DNA of 62,574 nucleotides, filler included, from Rhabdomonas costata (GCA_019059605.1; 30 parts of 30 records of this genome joined end to end with filler, not necessarily neighbours in it); one strand, 5' to 3'; shown: positions 13,035 through 25,961, counted from the first letter of the whole stretch. Notes: a model not told the origin generated them from the sequence alone. A program made the numbers and translations.

Positions 13035-14202
13035 GTCATGGAGGAGTTCGAGAGGATCAACAACGCCAGTGTTCGGGAGCGTGGGGAGGAGATCGAGCGG
13101 GCCGAGGAGGAGCGGCACCACGCCCTGGTCAAGAGGATCAATACGGAGTTTTTCACCTGGACCAAGAAGATAGTACGTCCCACCCTCCACCCACCCTCTC
13201 GCACTTTTTACCCCACGACAAAAAATAAGCAGCCATTGTTCGGATTTGCATGATCTCTGAAACAGGCAAGAATTTCCATATTAAGGGAACTCCAATCCAA
13301 TTCCGAGTCTGAATTCACGTCCGTGATTGTCCTTTTCCCTTCCAAATTTCGGGATGTTATGATCGGTCCTCCTCAGTATGGAAAAAACACTTTCAAACGA
13401 ATGCCAACTCTTCACCTCGTTTTTCCCCTTGGGTTTTGGGGGGCACAAGAGAAAATAGCAAAAAAAAAAATTGTGAAAAAAATGACAAAAAAATCGCCCT
13501 CCCAAAAGAATCCCTGCTTTGCGTGACCTAGAAGAGGAAGTAGTCGCATATGTGCGCTCAGACCACACACACACTTAACCAGAAGACCTTGCAGGAGCAG
13601 AGGATATTGGAAGACGAGAGGTTGGAAGGATGACAGACAACTCCGCTGGATGAGCATCAGCACTCTCCAGCGCGAGCCTCTGAGGGAAGTTTACGGTGGT
13701 GATTAAGAGCACAAACCCGTTGTTCGAATTGCACTTCCTTGCATCCTGGGGAAGGTCGCACGTAATCTTTACCCACTGAGTGCCTTCCCCGCGTGGTGAG
13801 TCCACGCATGCGGAAACGCATCATTGGGAATTATTGGCAGGGAAACTCGAAACCCACAGGCGAACGCACGTTCCCCATTCCGCACCACCAGGTTATTTTC
13901 TTTTGCATTGACACCGCTAGCTGATATCGCCTTCGACATCTTCTTCTTCGACCGAGAACGAGTCTCACTCGACCCCCCTCCTTTGTTGTTAGGAAGCCCT
14001 GAAGTTCGAGATCCCCATCCGTCACCAGGAGTTCGGCGGCACGGTGAACCGCAGCAGCGTCACCGTCCGCCGCACCCCGGGCTGCCTGGTGTCGCTTGTC
14101 GAGGCCCCTTTCTTTGTGCTCGCCCTCGACGACGTGGAGGTGTGCGTGCTGGAACGCGTCATCCACGGCCAGAAGAACTTCGACATGGTCTTCGTGCTTA
14201 AG
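13035..14202 (+). CDS. SPT16: FACT complex subunit SPT16, middle/Rtt106-like domain, partial; 2 exons
   Basis: Exons are 13035-13172 and 13993-14202 (FEIP...LVEAPFFVLALDDVEVCVLERV...KNFDMVFVLK). Both are phase 0 with a GT-AG intron. Confidence 0.93.
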
Positions 14203-15523
14203 GTTAGCCCCCCCACACACACTTTAGCACTTAACTACCGCCCCTGTGACACAGAGGTACAGAGGTGAACCGAAGTTGTTCTCGTTTCTCTGCTGCCTCC
14301 CCTTCAAATTAAATGTCGCCTGCAAGTGAAGGTGTGTGACCATTGGGACCCAGGCGCCCCAGTGATGTTTACGGTTGTTTAGCCATACGCTCCAAGGTAA
14401 TCTCAAATAAATTTGTCACCTGCGCAAATCGTGTGCCATTTTTTTCCGGGGGATGCATTCTTCTTTCTTCCTTTGGGTCCCAATCGGGATTCCCCCCCCA
14501 CACACACGAGGCAGACACGTCGACCCGTGCATGNNNNNNNNNNNNNNNNNNNNNNNNNNNNNNNNNNNNNNNNNNNNTTAATTAATTAANNNNNNNNNNN
14601 NNNNNNNNNNNNNNNNNNNNNNNNNNNNNNNNNGTTGGGTGGCGCACAGCCATCAAAACAAAATGGGCTGTAAGTACGGTGCGTCGCTGCATCCTTGCAG
14701 TGGTGAGACGCGGCAGCTGTTTCGGAAAAGGGCAAAAGTGGTGTAGATTCAATCTCCCTCTGTCTGCCCCAGAGTTTAGCGCGCCGCATTTTTTGTGTAT
14801 CCCCTGGAGTTTTTGAGAGTTCTGTTATCTGTGTCTCCATTTGTGCAGTCTCCCTCTACTTCTCAGGATATACCCGATCAACCCCTGAAGCTCAACCTTC
14901 AGAACGTGGAGGCGCTTTCGGTGTGCCAATGGCGCGGGCAGGATGGCTTGCGCGAGAAAAAACCACAGTTGATTCTGAAACCTCTCTTTCACACAGTTGG
15001 CCATGATAGACCCCCCACTCCTGGTTTTCTTTCTTTTGCTTCAAAGAGGTGCAGGGGTCAAGGGTCTGCAATGCTGAAATACATCACGACTATTGCTGTA
15101 TGTATTTTGTCTGATGTGGGGGTTGATCGTGCGTAGCACAAGTTAGGATACCAAATACCCAAAACCAGTTAGGCTCATCCTTATTCCTTTGAAGTGTCGG
15201 CTCATTGATTGCTCGTGTTGAGTGCATAAATTACCCTTGCCAGATGTCCTTACTAAGGCCCTGTGTCATTTTGGTGATTCGGGGCCAATTGAAGTTGGGA
15301 CGGGAGGATGTAACGGGTACCAGTGGTAACGGTCAGGAGCGGTGACAGAAAATTCAAAATTGCTCTTAGTTTAACGTGCCAACAAGGTTAGATAGCTGAT
15401 GCAAGCACTCTCGAAGTGACTTTATTTTACGGAAAGCTGGTTAGGTGATCTGTGCTAGTGTTCCCTAGATGACGTCAAATCTGGTGCTGGCTAAGGACTA
15501 ATCTATGGCTGGGATATGGGCAG

Positions 15524-16221
15524 ACAAGTGGAACAGCATTAGTTTAGGGGCGAAGTTCAGTGACGCGGCGGCCGAAGCGGGCGGCTGGGTTTGGAACATG
15601 ATATGGGGGCCTTTCCACTTTTGAATTGTCATGAATTGTCTGCAAAAAAAATTGTTAACAGAGGAAACCGCTACCACTGCCGGTAACCCCCCCGCAACGT
15701 CAATTGCACCCTGATTCGCCGCGGGTTCCCGCTTTTTTCCTTCAATGCGGTCCCTGAGGTATGCCCACACACACGTTTGTTTGCCCTCGCACAAAGGCTC
15801 CCTTCATGACCGGGCTGTACGCTGATTCCTACAAAGAAGCGACTGTGCTGGTGTGCATTCTCGGCTTCGTTCTCCTGGGTCGTTGTAGTACCGAACAAAT
15901 GCCCTTCTTCAAATTACGTGCGGGCTTGACATTCGACTTGTCTCCATCTCCCCTGTGGCTGCGTGTTTGTTTGGTTTGACTGGAGCCGTGGATTGAGCCG
16001 TTGCCTACTGGTGTATCCTTCTTGTGTTTCACCTTTGGAGCGGTTCAAACCAGTCCCCTAGGCCGTTTCCTCTTGACCAGGCTGTCCTATTTTACCCATA
16101 TTTTCCGTGCGATTTCAGCTGGAGACGGCTCGAGTTAACAGCGAGGCCGCCAGCCACCTGGACGCAATGAAGACAAACTTGGCGTACTGGAAGGAGGCCT
16201 ACACCCAGAAAATCTTCACAG
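15524..16221 (+). CDS. Multi-exon hypothetical protein, partial
   Basis: Candidate exons at about 15524-15588, 15662-15758, 15797-15850 and 16119-16221 join in frame through GT-AG introns, one of only 38 nt. No family recognised. Confidence 0.45.
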
Positions 16222-17422
16222 GTTGGTGGCGCGTCATGCGAACCTTTTGTCCTCCGCTGTGAACATGACTGCTGCCCTTCTCCTCCAGTTCACCGTTGTG
16301 ACAGTTGTCAATAACACTCTCCTCATGCTTTAGCACTGAATGGGTGGTGAGCTGGCTATTGCAGCTGTTTTGTTTGATTGCGATTTTTGTGCATGCTGCT
16401 CGCACACGCTCTGCTTTTTTCTAACCATTGCGAGGGAGAAGCAGACAGCGGACGGCGGACGCTCAACCTAAATAGATGTCAGGGGTGGTTTCTCTCCCTC
16501 CGGGACCTGGCCGAAGATGTAAGGCAGAAGAAAAGAAGGACAAGGAATCCCCCACCCAAGCGCAGACAGCTTTGTCTGTAATAACGCCTTCAGTCAGCTG
16601 CAATAGCCAGCTCACCACCAACCNNNNNNNNNNNNNNNNNNNNNNNNNNNNNNNNNNNNNNNNNNNNTTAATTAATTAANNNNNNNNNNNNNNNNNNNNN
16701 NNNNNNNNNNNNNNNNNNNNNNNGTTTTTTGGGAATGAGTGAAAGAGGTTCACAAACACTGTTACTACAACCCCAAATGTCCTGGTTTCTCTGATCAATG
16801 GCGTCAGCCCTCATTGCTCGTTTAGTCAGTGCTTTTTTGTCATGTGTTGCACACCTGCCGCAGTATCTTTGTACATAGTGTCATAGTGCCATACATACGA
16901 AGATCGATGTCCCCTGCCCATATCTCTGTGTCGTTGCGCACTGTCAGAAGAGAACTCCCGCATAACTTTTGCGGTTGTAGTAACAGTGTTTGTGAACCTC
17001 TTTCACTCATTCCCAAGAATTTCCCAAGTAATAAGCCCCTTTCCGTTTGCGGGTATCTGCCTGAATCATACTATTTTTCCTGCGCAGCTGTTCCCTTTGT
17101 TTTGATGAAGTCGAGGACATGCCACAGGAATAAATGCGAACAGTATCAATTTGACCTTTATTGAGCGCCCAACCCTCAGAACTTTTCGACAAGTCTGGTT
17201 GTTTCGAAGACTCTGCGAAGACTATGAAAACGCGTCTTACGGCTCGAGGAGCAAGTCATTCTCATTACACGTTCCCAGGTATCTTTGCGATTTTAATCTA
17301 AAGGTTCGAAATGTAAAGTTTCTGTAACAGTGGAACAACCAGTTGACTCTGTCTGATGTTACGCCGTTTGTGGCGATTTTTCGCTCATCCTTCTCCAGCT
17401 GCTCTTTTGGCGCGAAGAACAA

Positions 17423-18555
17423 TGCACCTTCCACTCAGTACGTTTGCCGCAGACCCTCTCTTCCCTGATCGTAACTTCCATGCCGAGACTTACCCCCACC
17501 ATGAGCCCTCCATCTTTATCGACCTGCTCGGCGGAGTGACTGCTCCGCGACAGGCCACCGTCGCCGCACCCCTCACCCTTTCTGCGATAGCACCAGCATT
17601 CCACTACGATTCCTCCGGCTCGATTAAGATGTCCTCGGTTGGCACCTCCTCTCCCCTGTGGTGCATCTGGACCGACACCTGGGACACCCTCGGGGGGCAC
17701 CCATACCAGTCCAGCCTAGAATATCTCGGCCGGTGCGACTCCCAGGAAGACCTTCAGCAGAAATTGAGTCTTCGGTCTCCCTCGAAGCTGCTTTACTGCA
17801 CCAGCGTGCACATCTTCGTAGAAGGAGTGCAGCCGACCTACGAGGACCCCACTAACCGCCCCGGAGGGCACTTCAAGCTGAGCACGAACACCATTCCTTC
17901 TGCGGAGCAGCTATGGGCCACACTGGGCCAGGCGTTGCTGCTGCGCCAGCTGCCAAGGATGGAGAAGGTCGTCGGGATCAGCGCCTTCCGCAAGCAAAGG
18001 GCCAACTTCGCGGTAAAGGTGTGGCTGAGGGACTCGCTGGACAAGACCCACATCGGAGAAGTCCGAGAGTTTCTTAGTACGGTGCTCGAGCGATCCTGGT
18101 TCAACTTCATCCGTTTCTGCCCCCATCGCTTCATTCTGCAGACCCTAGAGAAGCAGAAAGGTTACCAGCTGCCGGTGCTGCAGCATCAGGTTCATCAGCC
18201 GCCGCCCCAGCAGCAGCCCCAGCAGCAGCAGTACACTCCGCCCTCTGTCCCGCCACAAGGACCGCAGGCACCACCCTTCCTCAGCCTCGATGATGATCCA
18301 GCTGCTTCCGCGGCGCTGCCCCCTCCATCCTCCACCAGCCACAGCCCGGTGTTCCCTGGACCCCGACAGCCCACGTTTTGCTCCATCGGCCCCTTCAGCC
18401 TCACTTCCGGGGGGGCGCAGGACAACGCTGGGGCCTGGGAGCTCTACCAGAGCCCACCTTCGCCCCAGGCTCAGACCGTTCCTGCGATTTCCCGAGAGGT
18501 TGCTTTTATTTCGCGTCATCTATTGAGCTGTGTTCCCTTCGTATTTACTACTTAG
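17423..18555 (+). CDS. eIF4E: Divergent eIF4E-family cap-binding protein with a Q/P-rich C-terminal extension
   Basis: Long open frame with WCIW, IFVEGVQPTYEDPTNRPGG, LW..L...LL, VVGIS, VKVWLRD and FCPH, following the eIF4E core in order. The start codon and 3' end are uncertain; a donor near 18499 is possible. Confidence 0.88.
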
Positions 18556-19045
18556 TCGTTTTGAAGAGCAGGTGGGATCCAACTTTGTGCTTGTGAGAAC
18601 CCCTGATGTCAGGAATGTTATTAACCTAAGCACTACCCTTGCAAAAATGATAAAGCGTCACGCGTCAAGGTAGCAAAACCGGAGAGTCACCCTCTAGAAA
18701 AGACCCCACACCCNNNNNNNNNNNNNNNNNNNNNNNNNNNNNNNNNNNNNNNNNNNNTTAATTAATTAANNNNNNNNNNNNNNNNNNNNNNNNNNNNNNN
18801 NNNNNNNNNNNNNGGTGTTTTGTTTCTTGTTGTGTGTTTTTTACTCTTCATTGGCACCCCGCTTGCGCGGGAATACCCACGCAGTGGTAATGAAAAAAGT
18901 GCCGAGCAAACATAAAATAAGACTTGTCTGAAAAAGCTTAAGACTTTCGAGAGGGCCGGGTGGGAGCCAAACTATCGGCTTGCAGGTTTTGCTTCCGGTA
19001 GCGCCCAATCTAAGAGTGGCGGAACATATCCTCAGAGCAGGCAGC

Positions 19046-19074
19046 TTACTTACTTACTTACTTACATACTTACT
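19046..19074. repeat. (TTAC)n microsatellite
   Basis: ttacttacttacttacttacatacttact. Confidence 0.85.
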
Positions 19075-21873
19075 GAGCAGCTGGTGCTGCTGGGCACTGC
19101 AGGACACGTTAACTTCTGATACCACTAAATGTGCAGGAGCCGCCTGTCAGGTCTCTTGCATGTTAGGGGGCGCAAAGCTCACCTAACCCCTTACAAAAGT
19201 CATTTCGAGAGTGCTGAAATGCTCCGCCCCGTGCTGAAATGCTCCGTCACCGCTTGTAGTTAATTTAGCGGAAAAAAAGCCAGTTTTCTGTTACCAGTGG
19301 TAACCGTTACCACTCGCCCTCCAACTTCCATTGGGCCCGGACCTGGGTCCGAGGATCCGCGATTGGTCCAGATCCATGAGAGAACCCAAGAAAAAGCAAA
19401 TTTGATGAACAACGCAAGTCCCATACTTTTCGGACACCGACTTAGGGATTTTCAAGGATGGAGTCATATATATTCGGTATGTTCGGTCAAAGTCTTATAC
19501 AACTGTACATACTGTCTACTACTTTTCTGAAAATGTCTTATACAAATTGCGTCCCGAGTGTAAGTCTTGGGTGCTTCATCATTGCTTTGGTCCATTTGGA
19601 CCGCACACCCGCACTCCACTTCTGCGCAAACTCGCAGCCAATACTCAAGGATTTTACTTTCCCACAGCTGCTGGCATATTTTTTGCAGACCATCACAAAT
19701 TCCAGAAACATAGTTCAGGCGCAACGTATTTCCTCGGTACACCTCGTAGCAACCGGATAAGAATCAACGTTGTACAAAAGAAAAGTCAGAAAGTCAGCAG
19801 TCAATGGTGCATCAGGGGGTGGGTTGAAGGTTAGCGCTTCCGCCGAGCCGGCTTGCTCAGCGTCGGGTGGTTGTAAGTTTGCAGACATTTGGTGTAATCC
19901 TGCGCTTCCCTGGCATAACAAACAGAGCCAGAAGAAACTCACAAGGAAGCCTCATCGAGTAACACATCCAACCAACCAAACACGAGCGAAAAGGCAAAAG
20001 CCACAGAGACGCAGCAGACTTTGTGCAGCGGTTCCCTTCTTGTCCGTCCCGCTGAAGGCAGCCGAACCACCTCAGGCTGAGAAACTCGCAGACATCCCAA
20101 GGCTCGCCCCCCTGGTAGTCCTCCCATGCAGTGGGAGACATGGCTTTGTCCAAAGCTTTCTGTGAAAACATTTAAAGCGAGAGTCAACGCTCATGAGCAA
20201 ATAAGGAGTGCCTTCCCCCATAACTATACCCCTCTCTCTTAAAATTCATAACGTAACTTCATAACCTCATGCCCGCACATGCGGGGTGCCAAATCGTATG
20301 TTCTTTCCTTCCTCAATTTTCTCTAGGTTCTTGCGAAAGGACTTGGGGGGAGGATAGCCATTTAATAAAATATCCATAAAATAATATCAAAACAAAATCT
20401 AGGAAAAAACAAAAATGCGCAAAAGCAAATTGCAGACAAAAGTGCGAAAACACGCCATACAAAGTGCAAAACAAGATGCAGACAAAAAAAGTGCGAAAAA
20501 AGGCCAAAACAAAGTGCAAAACAGAAAAGCGCATTTCACGACATCGGAGGGGTCGGAACTGCAACTGCAACGGGCAACTGCAACAGGCGGGGGTTGCACA
20601 GTTACACAGTGGTTCCTTGATGTGTAATCGCCCCCTACCCCTGTGACCACGTTTTGGCCGTAAATGTCTAGTGACTTGTCGTTCTTTGTTCGGGTTAATT
20701 TCTTCGCTCCACCGCCTGCACCACCCGATCCCCAGATCCGCCTGTGTGCTTTCTTCGCAGATCCCGTTGGCTAAAAGAAATCTATCCTGTTCCCCCCACC
20801 CCCNNNNNNNNNNNNNNNNNNNNNNNNNNNNNNNNNNNNNNNNNNNNTTAATTAATTAANNNNNNNNNNNNNNNNNNNNNNNNNNNNNNNNNNNNNNNNN
20901 NNNTAATTTCTGTGCAGATGAAACGGATTTGACCAAGGGGCTGTTTTTATGTGATGGTCCACCGTGTTCTACAGCCTCGCAGCTGTCGGTGTGCGTAGCC
21001 TCCCATGGATGTAATGCGGTGCACAGGGCACGACTCTTGCTGCCTGGCGGATTCTTGAAGTACGGATCAACTTTCTGCTGCTGGGCGGAGGTTACCAGGA
21101 AACTTTCAAAACCACCCACCCACACAATTTGCAGCAGGCACAGTTCGTTTGGAGTTCTCCTCCAGACAAGTTTCGGATCGATTCAGTCGCCCCCATGGCC
21201 GCTGAATGACCACCTCTTCCTCTTCCTCTTCCTCTTCCATTGGCCCAACCTTCTGCGCTGGCTCTTCAGCTTCTCGAGGATAGCCTCAACTGCTGGCTCC
21301 GTGTTCTTCATCTTACCCACTGGCTTTCCTATCTCCTGCTCAGGCCCTTTTAAATTGTTATCCGAATCTCGCTAATTTCGTCGCTCGGCGTCTCTTTGCC
21401 TCCATTTCTGCCTGGGAACCTGAGACCATCTGCCTCTGACCACGGAAGAGCCATGACCGCGGAGCGGTCCCCGAATCACTCTCACGGGGTGTGCCGGCTT
21501 CTAGGTCTCGTTGAGCCCTTATCTAATCTATCTTTTATTGCATCTCAGCAGATTTCCACGGGCGTTATCGTCCTCGAAGCTCTCCGACTTGTGCTTCAGC
21601 TAGGTCGCTAGGTCTTTTAGTCGGCCGGGCGGTCAGCCCTTCGCCTTCAGCTGCGCTACATCTGCTATTTCACCAGGTCTTCTGCACCCCAAACCCCGCC
21701 AGCCGCACAATCAGCTGCATTTTCGGGGACATGAAAGTCCCTCCTCACCTAGCGGCGCTGAAAATTTCCATTCTTGTCCTCCAGACAACAATCGGTACTT
21801 TAAACTCCACCCCCAACATCACACGCACACACACAGACAACACAACAAACAAACACGGACCCGAGGGGCTCAC

Positions 21874-22870
21874 CATCACCCGGTTCAGTGCCGGGACCTC
21901 CTCGGGTCTCACCGACCGACTGGACGGGGGGCGATAGGTCGTTGCCCGGCGGCTGCTGTGGGAACGGCGGCGGCCGCCAAGAAGCTTCTTCACCGGCTGG
22001 CCCTCCGCCGGGTCCTTGTCGCACTTCGGGCACCACATCGGGGTCTTGCAGTACTGGCACACCACGTCCTGGATCTCCGGGAAGGTGCGCCGCTTCAGCT
22101 CAGAGGGAAGCACGGAGTAGAGCTGCTGGGGTTTGGCGATGCCCTTCAACGTGTGCACTCCGAGGTTGGTCACCTGGGCGTTATCCTGTGGAAGGCCACA
22201 GAACACCCGCAAAAAAGAATACAACGTCGGGCGGGGTACTCCTGGTGGTGGTGCGAAGGACGCCCAAGGCTTGCAACGAGCGAAACAAAAAAGTCACCAA
22301 GAAGTTGTGGCAAAGGGGGCAAAAATGCCAAGAGGCACAAAGGGTATGCGCATGGATGCAGTGTTATCTTGGTTATCCCGTGGAAGGTCTAAGAACAGGT
22401 GACTTTCTGAAAGAGAAATCTGGTGTGACCGTGGCCGCTTAAAACCTGAGGGCCCGTGTGACATTCTCGGTCGTGGTTTAATGCACAAATATGCTGGAGT
22501 AGAAAGGCCCTGGCGGACACCAAAAGGCAACAAAAACGGCGCTTATAAACTCTCCCAAAAGCACCCTCGAGTTGTGGCAAAGGGGCACAAAGAGGCTGCG
22601 CCCGGCTCCAGCGAATGCCAACGCGGAGGTATTCCTGGGTTCCGCCCTCACCGACCAACGGGCAAACCAAAACCCAAGCTGAAGCTAGAGCGTTGGAGGC
22701 GGTGAATGCATGCCCACGTTCCCTTTGCAAACGAAAACTTCCGGCACACGTACAAAGACGCCCTCTCCGAAGAGCTTGTCGTAGAGTTCCGCGCTGAGCA
22801 AGATCTGCCCCCCCATGGCCTTCCCTGAGACACGCGCGGAGAGGTTCACCGGGGGCCCAAAGTAGTCCAC
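21874..22870 (-). CDS. Class III adenylyl/guanylyl cyclase, C-terminal part of the catalytic domain, partial; 2 exons
   Basis: Exons are 22870-22754 (DYFGPPVNLSARVSGKAMGGQILLS) and 22185-21874 (LGVHTLKGIAKPQQLYSVLP...RRTFP). The catalytic N-x3-R motif is intact. Confidence 0.92.
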
Positions 22871-24017
22871 CTGTGAAAACCCACAAAACNNNNNNNNNNN
22901 NNNNNNNNNNNNNNNNNNNNNNNNNNNNNNNNNTTAATTAATTAANNNNNNNNNNNNNNNNNNNNNNNNNNNNNNNNNNNNNNNNNNNNGTGTTTTTTGG
23001 TTCAACCGTTGCGGATTTCCTTGAGTGTTTTAGCGTTTATTTGCCCCAGTTGACGCCAGGGGGGGGGTATGTTTCGAGACATTTTGTATTTTTTTCGGTG
23101 ATGTTCCCTTTTGTTCTTTTTTCTCACCTCGCGTGCCCGCTGTGAGACGAAAGAACAACAACCACAGAAAAAATGTGCTGGATAAAGTGCTTGGATTCCC
23201 CAGTTGGACACCCCAGACTGCCCCGCTGGGGTGTGGATGTCCTCGCGGAAGAACTCTCCACTGCTCCGATGCGATGGGACACATCCACGCGCCGTTGGAG
23301 GCAAAGGAACCTGCAGCGTTTTGCTATTCTGTTGATTATGCAAATAGAAAGTCCATGCCCGCTTTGACTTCTCCCTCTACCCAAATTGTTCATTTTAGTC
23401 AATTATTCAATTTTAGTCAATTCGTTTTAGTCTGTGCTTTTGCCTTTGGGGATGGGAGTTGGTGGAGGCGGTGTGTTGTTTGTATGTGTGTACCCCGTTG
23501 AGAGGTTTCTTTTCATTGGGAAAGTTAGTGTCGGAAATCGTTGAAGTATGTTATTGAGTGTCTTGCAGGCTTTCCAAGAGTCTGCCCCCCCCCCTCATTT
23601 CTCACTCCGCTTGCGTTTTTATTTCCTCTCGCAGTTGCAGAGCCCTTAACTCAGATTGTGCTGTTCTTTCGCCTGTTCAGTAACGCCCAAGGCAGCCTTG
23701 CCACCGAGGTAACTATCTGCACTGCACACTGGGCAAAATTGAGTTGAGATTCTTTCGGGAGAGACCAATGTTAAGCGAGGCAGAAAGAGGTGGGTAGACA
23801 AGTGGAACCAGCAGTGCAAGTTAGGGGATGCTTGGCGCGCACACTCACACTCACGCAATGTCCTTCGCGTCATTTCATACGCTTCATATTCTTTCCGAAT
23901 TTCTGGCCGCCGCCTTTTATTCAGCCCTGCGGACAATGTCCCTTCGCGGTTATGAAAATAGTGTGGGTGCTGCAGAGAAAGAGCTTTCTTCCCTCTGCGC
24001 TTTTGTGTGGCGTACAG

Positions 24018-24341
24018 GTTGGAATTAATCTGATCCCTCGAATCCTCTTCGTGGTGCTGTTCTGGGGCTTCTTGCTGGAAATCATTGCCAAGCTTTGCTT
24101 CAGCTCCGCCACGCTATCCCTGTTCTACCTCGCCCCGTTGTACTTTACGTACCCCAAAATGGCCGTGGTTCCCACGGGGGTGCTTGAGCCAGGTCAGCCC
24201 GTGGATCCGCAGTTTCTGGAAAACCAGAACCGCTTCCCCTTCATGGTGATCTGGGCAACCGTCAGCATGGCCGTGATTTTTGGAGTGGCCGTTGTGGTCG
24301 CATCCGTGTGGATTCCTGTTCCGTTTCTGCAACTTTTCTGA
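24018..24341 (+). CDS. Terminal exon of a multi-pass membrane protein
   Basis: CAG acceptor, then hydrophobic segments (ILFVVLFWGFLLEII; FMVIWATVSMAVIFGVAVVVASVWI), ending at TGA. Confidence 0.6.
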   Translation, partial: VGINLIPRILFVVLFWGFLLEIIAKLCFSSATLSLFYLAPLYFTYPKMAVVPTGVLEPGQPVDPQFLENQNRFPFMVIWATVSMAVIFGVAVVVASVWIPVPFLQLF

Positions 24342-24972
24342 TGGTGTAAATTTTCCCACACACACACACACATATTCCCAAACATACTCCTCCTCCCATC
24401 TGTTTCTGTGCTGTTTGAACGATTTGTGCAATATTGGCCTTTGAGGCACTTGCGCTCTGTTCAGCTCCTGTTCAGCCCTGGGACAGAGCAGAGGCAGATG
24501 GAAATGAGATTTTCCGAGTGGATTAAAAAGATGGAAACAGGTGGTGTCCTCACTTACGCACACGCAGCCTGGGTGCTTGTACAATGGAACCGCGTTGTTG
24601 GAAGGAGCTGCCTCGACAGGGGCGGTGTCCGGGTGCTCCGGGCATGATTCTGTTTTTTTCGGGAATGCTTGCGCTTCCCACACCATCTTGTTGCTTCATT
24701 TGATCTTGCCCATTTCCCTTCTTTTTTTTCTCCAGTAAGTTTCCCATCTTTTTAATCCACTCGGAAAATCTCATTTCCATCTGCCTCTGCTCTGTCCCAG
24801 GGCTGAACAGGAGCTGAACAGAGCGCAAGTGCCTCAGGCCAATATTGCACAAATCGTTCAAACAGCACAGAAACAGATGGGAGGAGGAGTATGTTTGGGA
24901 ATATGTGTGTGTGGGAAAATTTACACCATCAGAAAAGTTGCAGAAACGGAACAGGAATCCACACGGATGCGA
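24297..24972. repeat. About 240-bp inverted duplication ending at a contig end
   Basis: 24297-24538 is the near reverse complement of 24739-24972, with small indels. Confidence 0.9.
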
Positions 24973-25961
24973 CAACAANNNNNNNNNNNNNNNNNNNNNN
25001 NNNNNNNNNNNNNNNNNNNNNNTTAATTAATTAANNNNNNNNNNNNNNNNNNNNNNNNNNNNNNNNNNNNNNNNNNNNTTGTGTTGGGTAGTAAGTGCGC
25101 GCAGAAGGGTTACGAAAAGCGTCAAGAGGCACCACCGACCGGCCGAGGGTGCAGGGTCAAACCGTAAAAAGCCTAAACTCGCCGAAAAATCGTTACAAAA
25201 CAATCGTTAAACAATCGTTAGAAACAATTGCAAAACTCTATTAAGGAAGGGGAATATTTTCTGTTCATCTTTTCTTTGCCTGGTTCCATCCGCCCGCACG
25301 TGTTTTTCTCTTTGGAACGCCTTATTTCTGAGCCTTGAGAGGGGATTTTGTTTTGAGGCGGAGGGAAGCGCCTAGGGACTGAAGGGACCATCAAAATCAG
25401 CCCGTGCGTTTCGTTCAATGCCAAAGGCGGTGCAGTTCATAGTTTAAGTCAATCAAATCAATTCAGTTTTCAAAGTCGTGTCCAATGTCGTGTCAGGGCA
25501 TACTCCCACGCAGCTCAAAAATGCATCATCATGATAAAATGATAAAATGTCCCACATTACCACAGATTGCAAAAAGTAAGTGGACATTTTCCGGGCTCAC
25601 CTCTCCCAGTGTTTGGTTTACGCTGTTTTCCCGAAGATGTGCCTTGTTCTGTCAATAAACGAAACACACTGATTTTTGATTTTTGAAACTCTGAACTTTT
25701 TTTATCATGTTTTGTAACGTTTTTCAAGGACATCCTTGAATTTCGGATGTTTTTCTTTGGTCAATTGAATGGAACTGGTCTCATTGAAGTAAATTTTTAA
25801 CAATGAATTTGAATGATCTTTGAGCACTCAAAATCAAAACCTTTGAGTACTTGGTGGGCTGGGTTTCGCGAGCCTCCCAGTTAGGGGAAGCGGAAAGGTG
25901 TTCTGTGTTCTGTGTTCTGTGTTCTGTGTTCTTGTTTTGTGCCAGTCCCCCTTCACCACAG

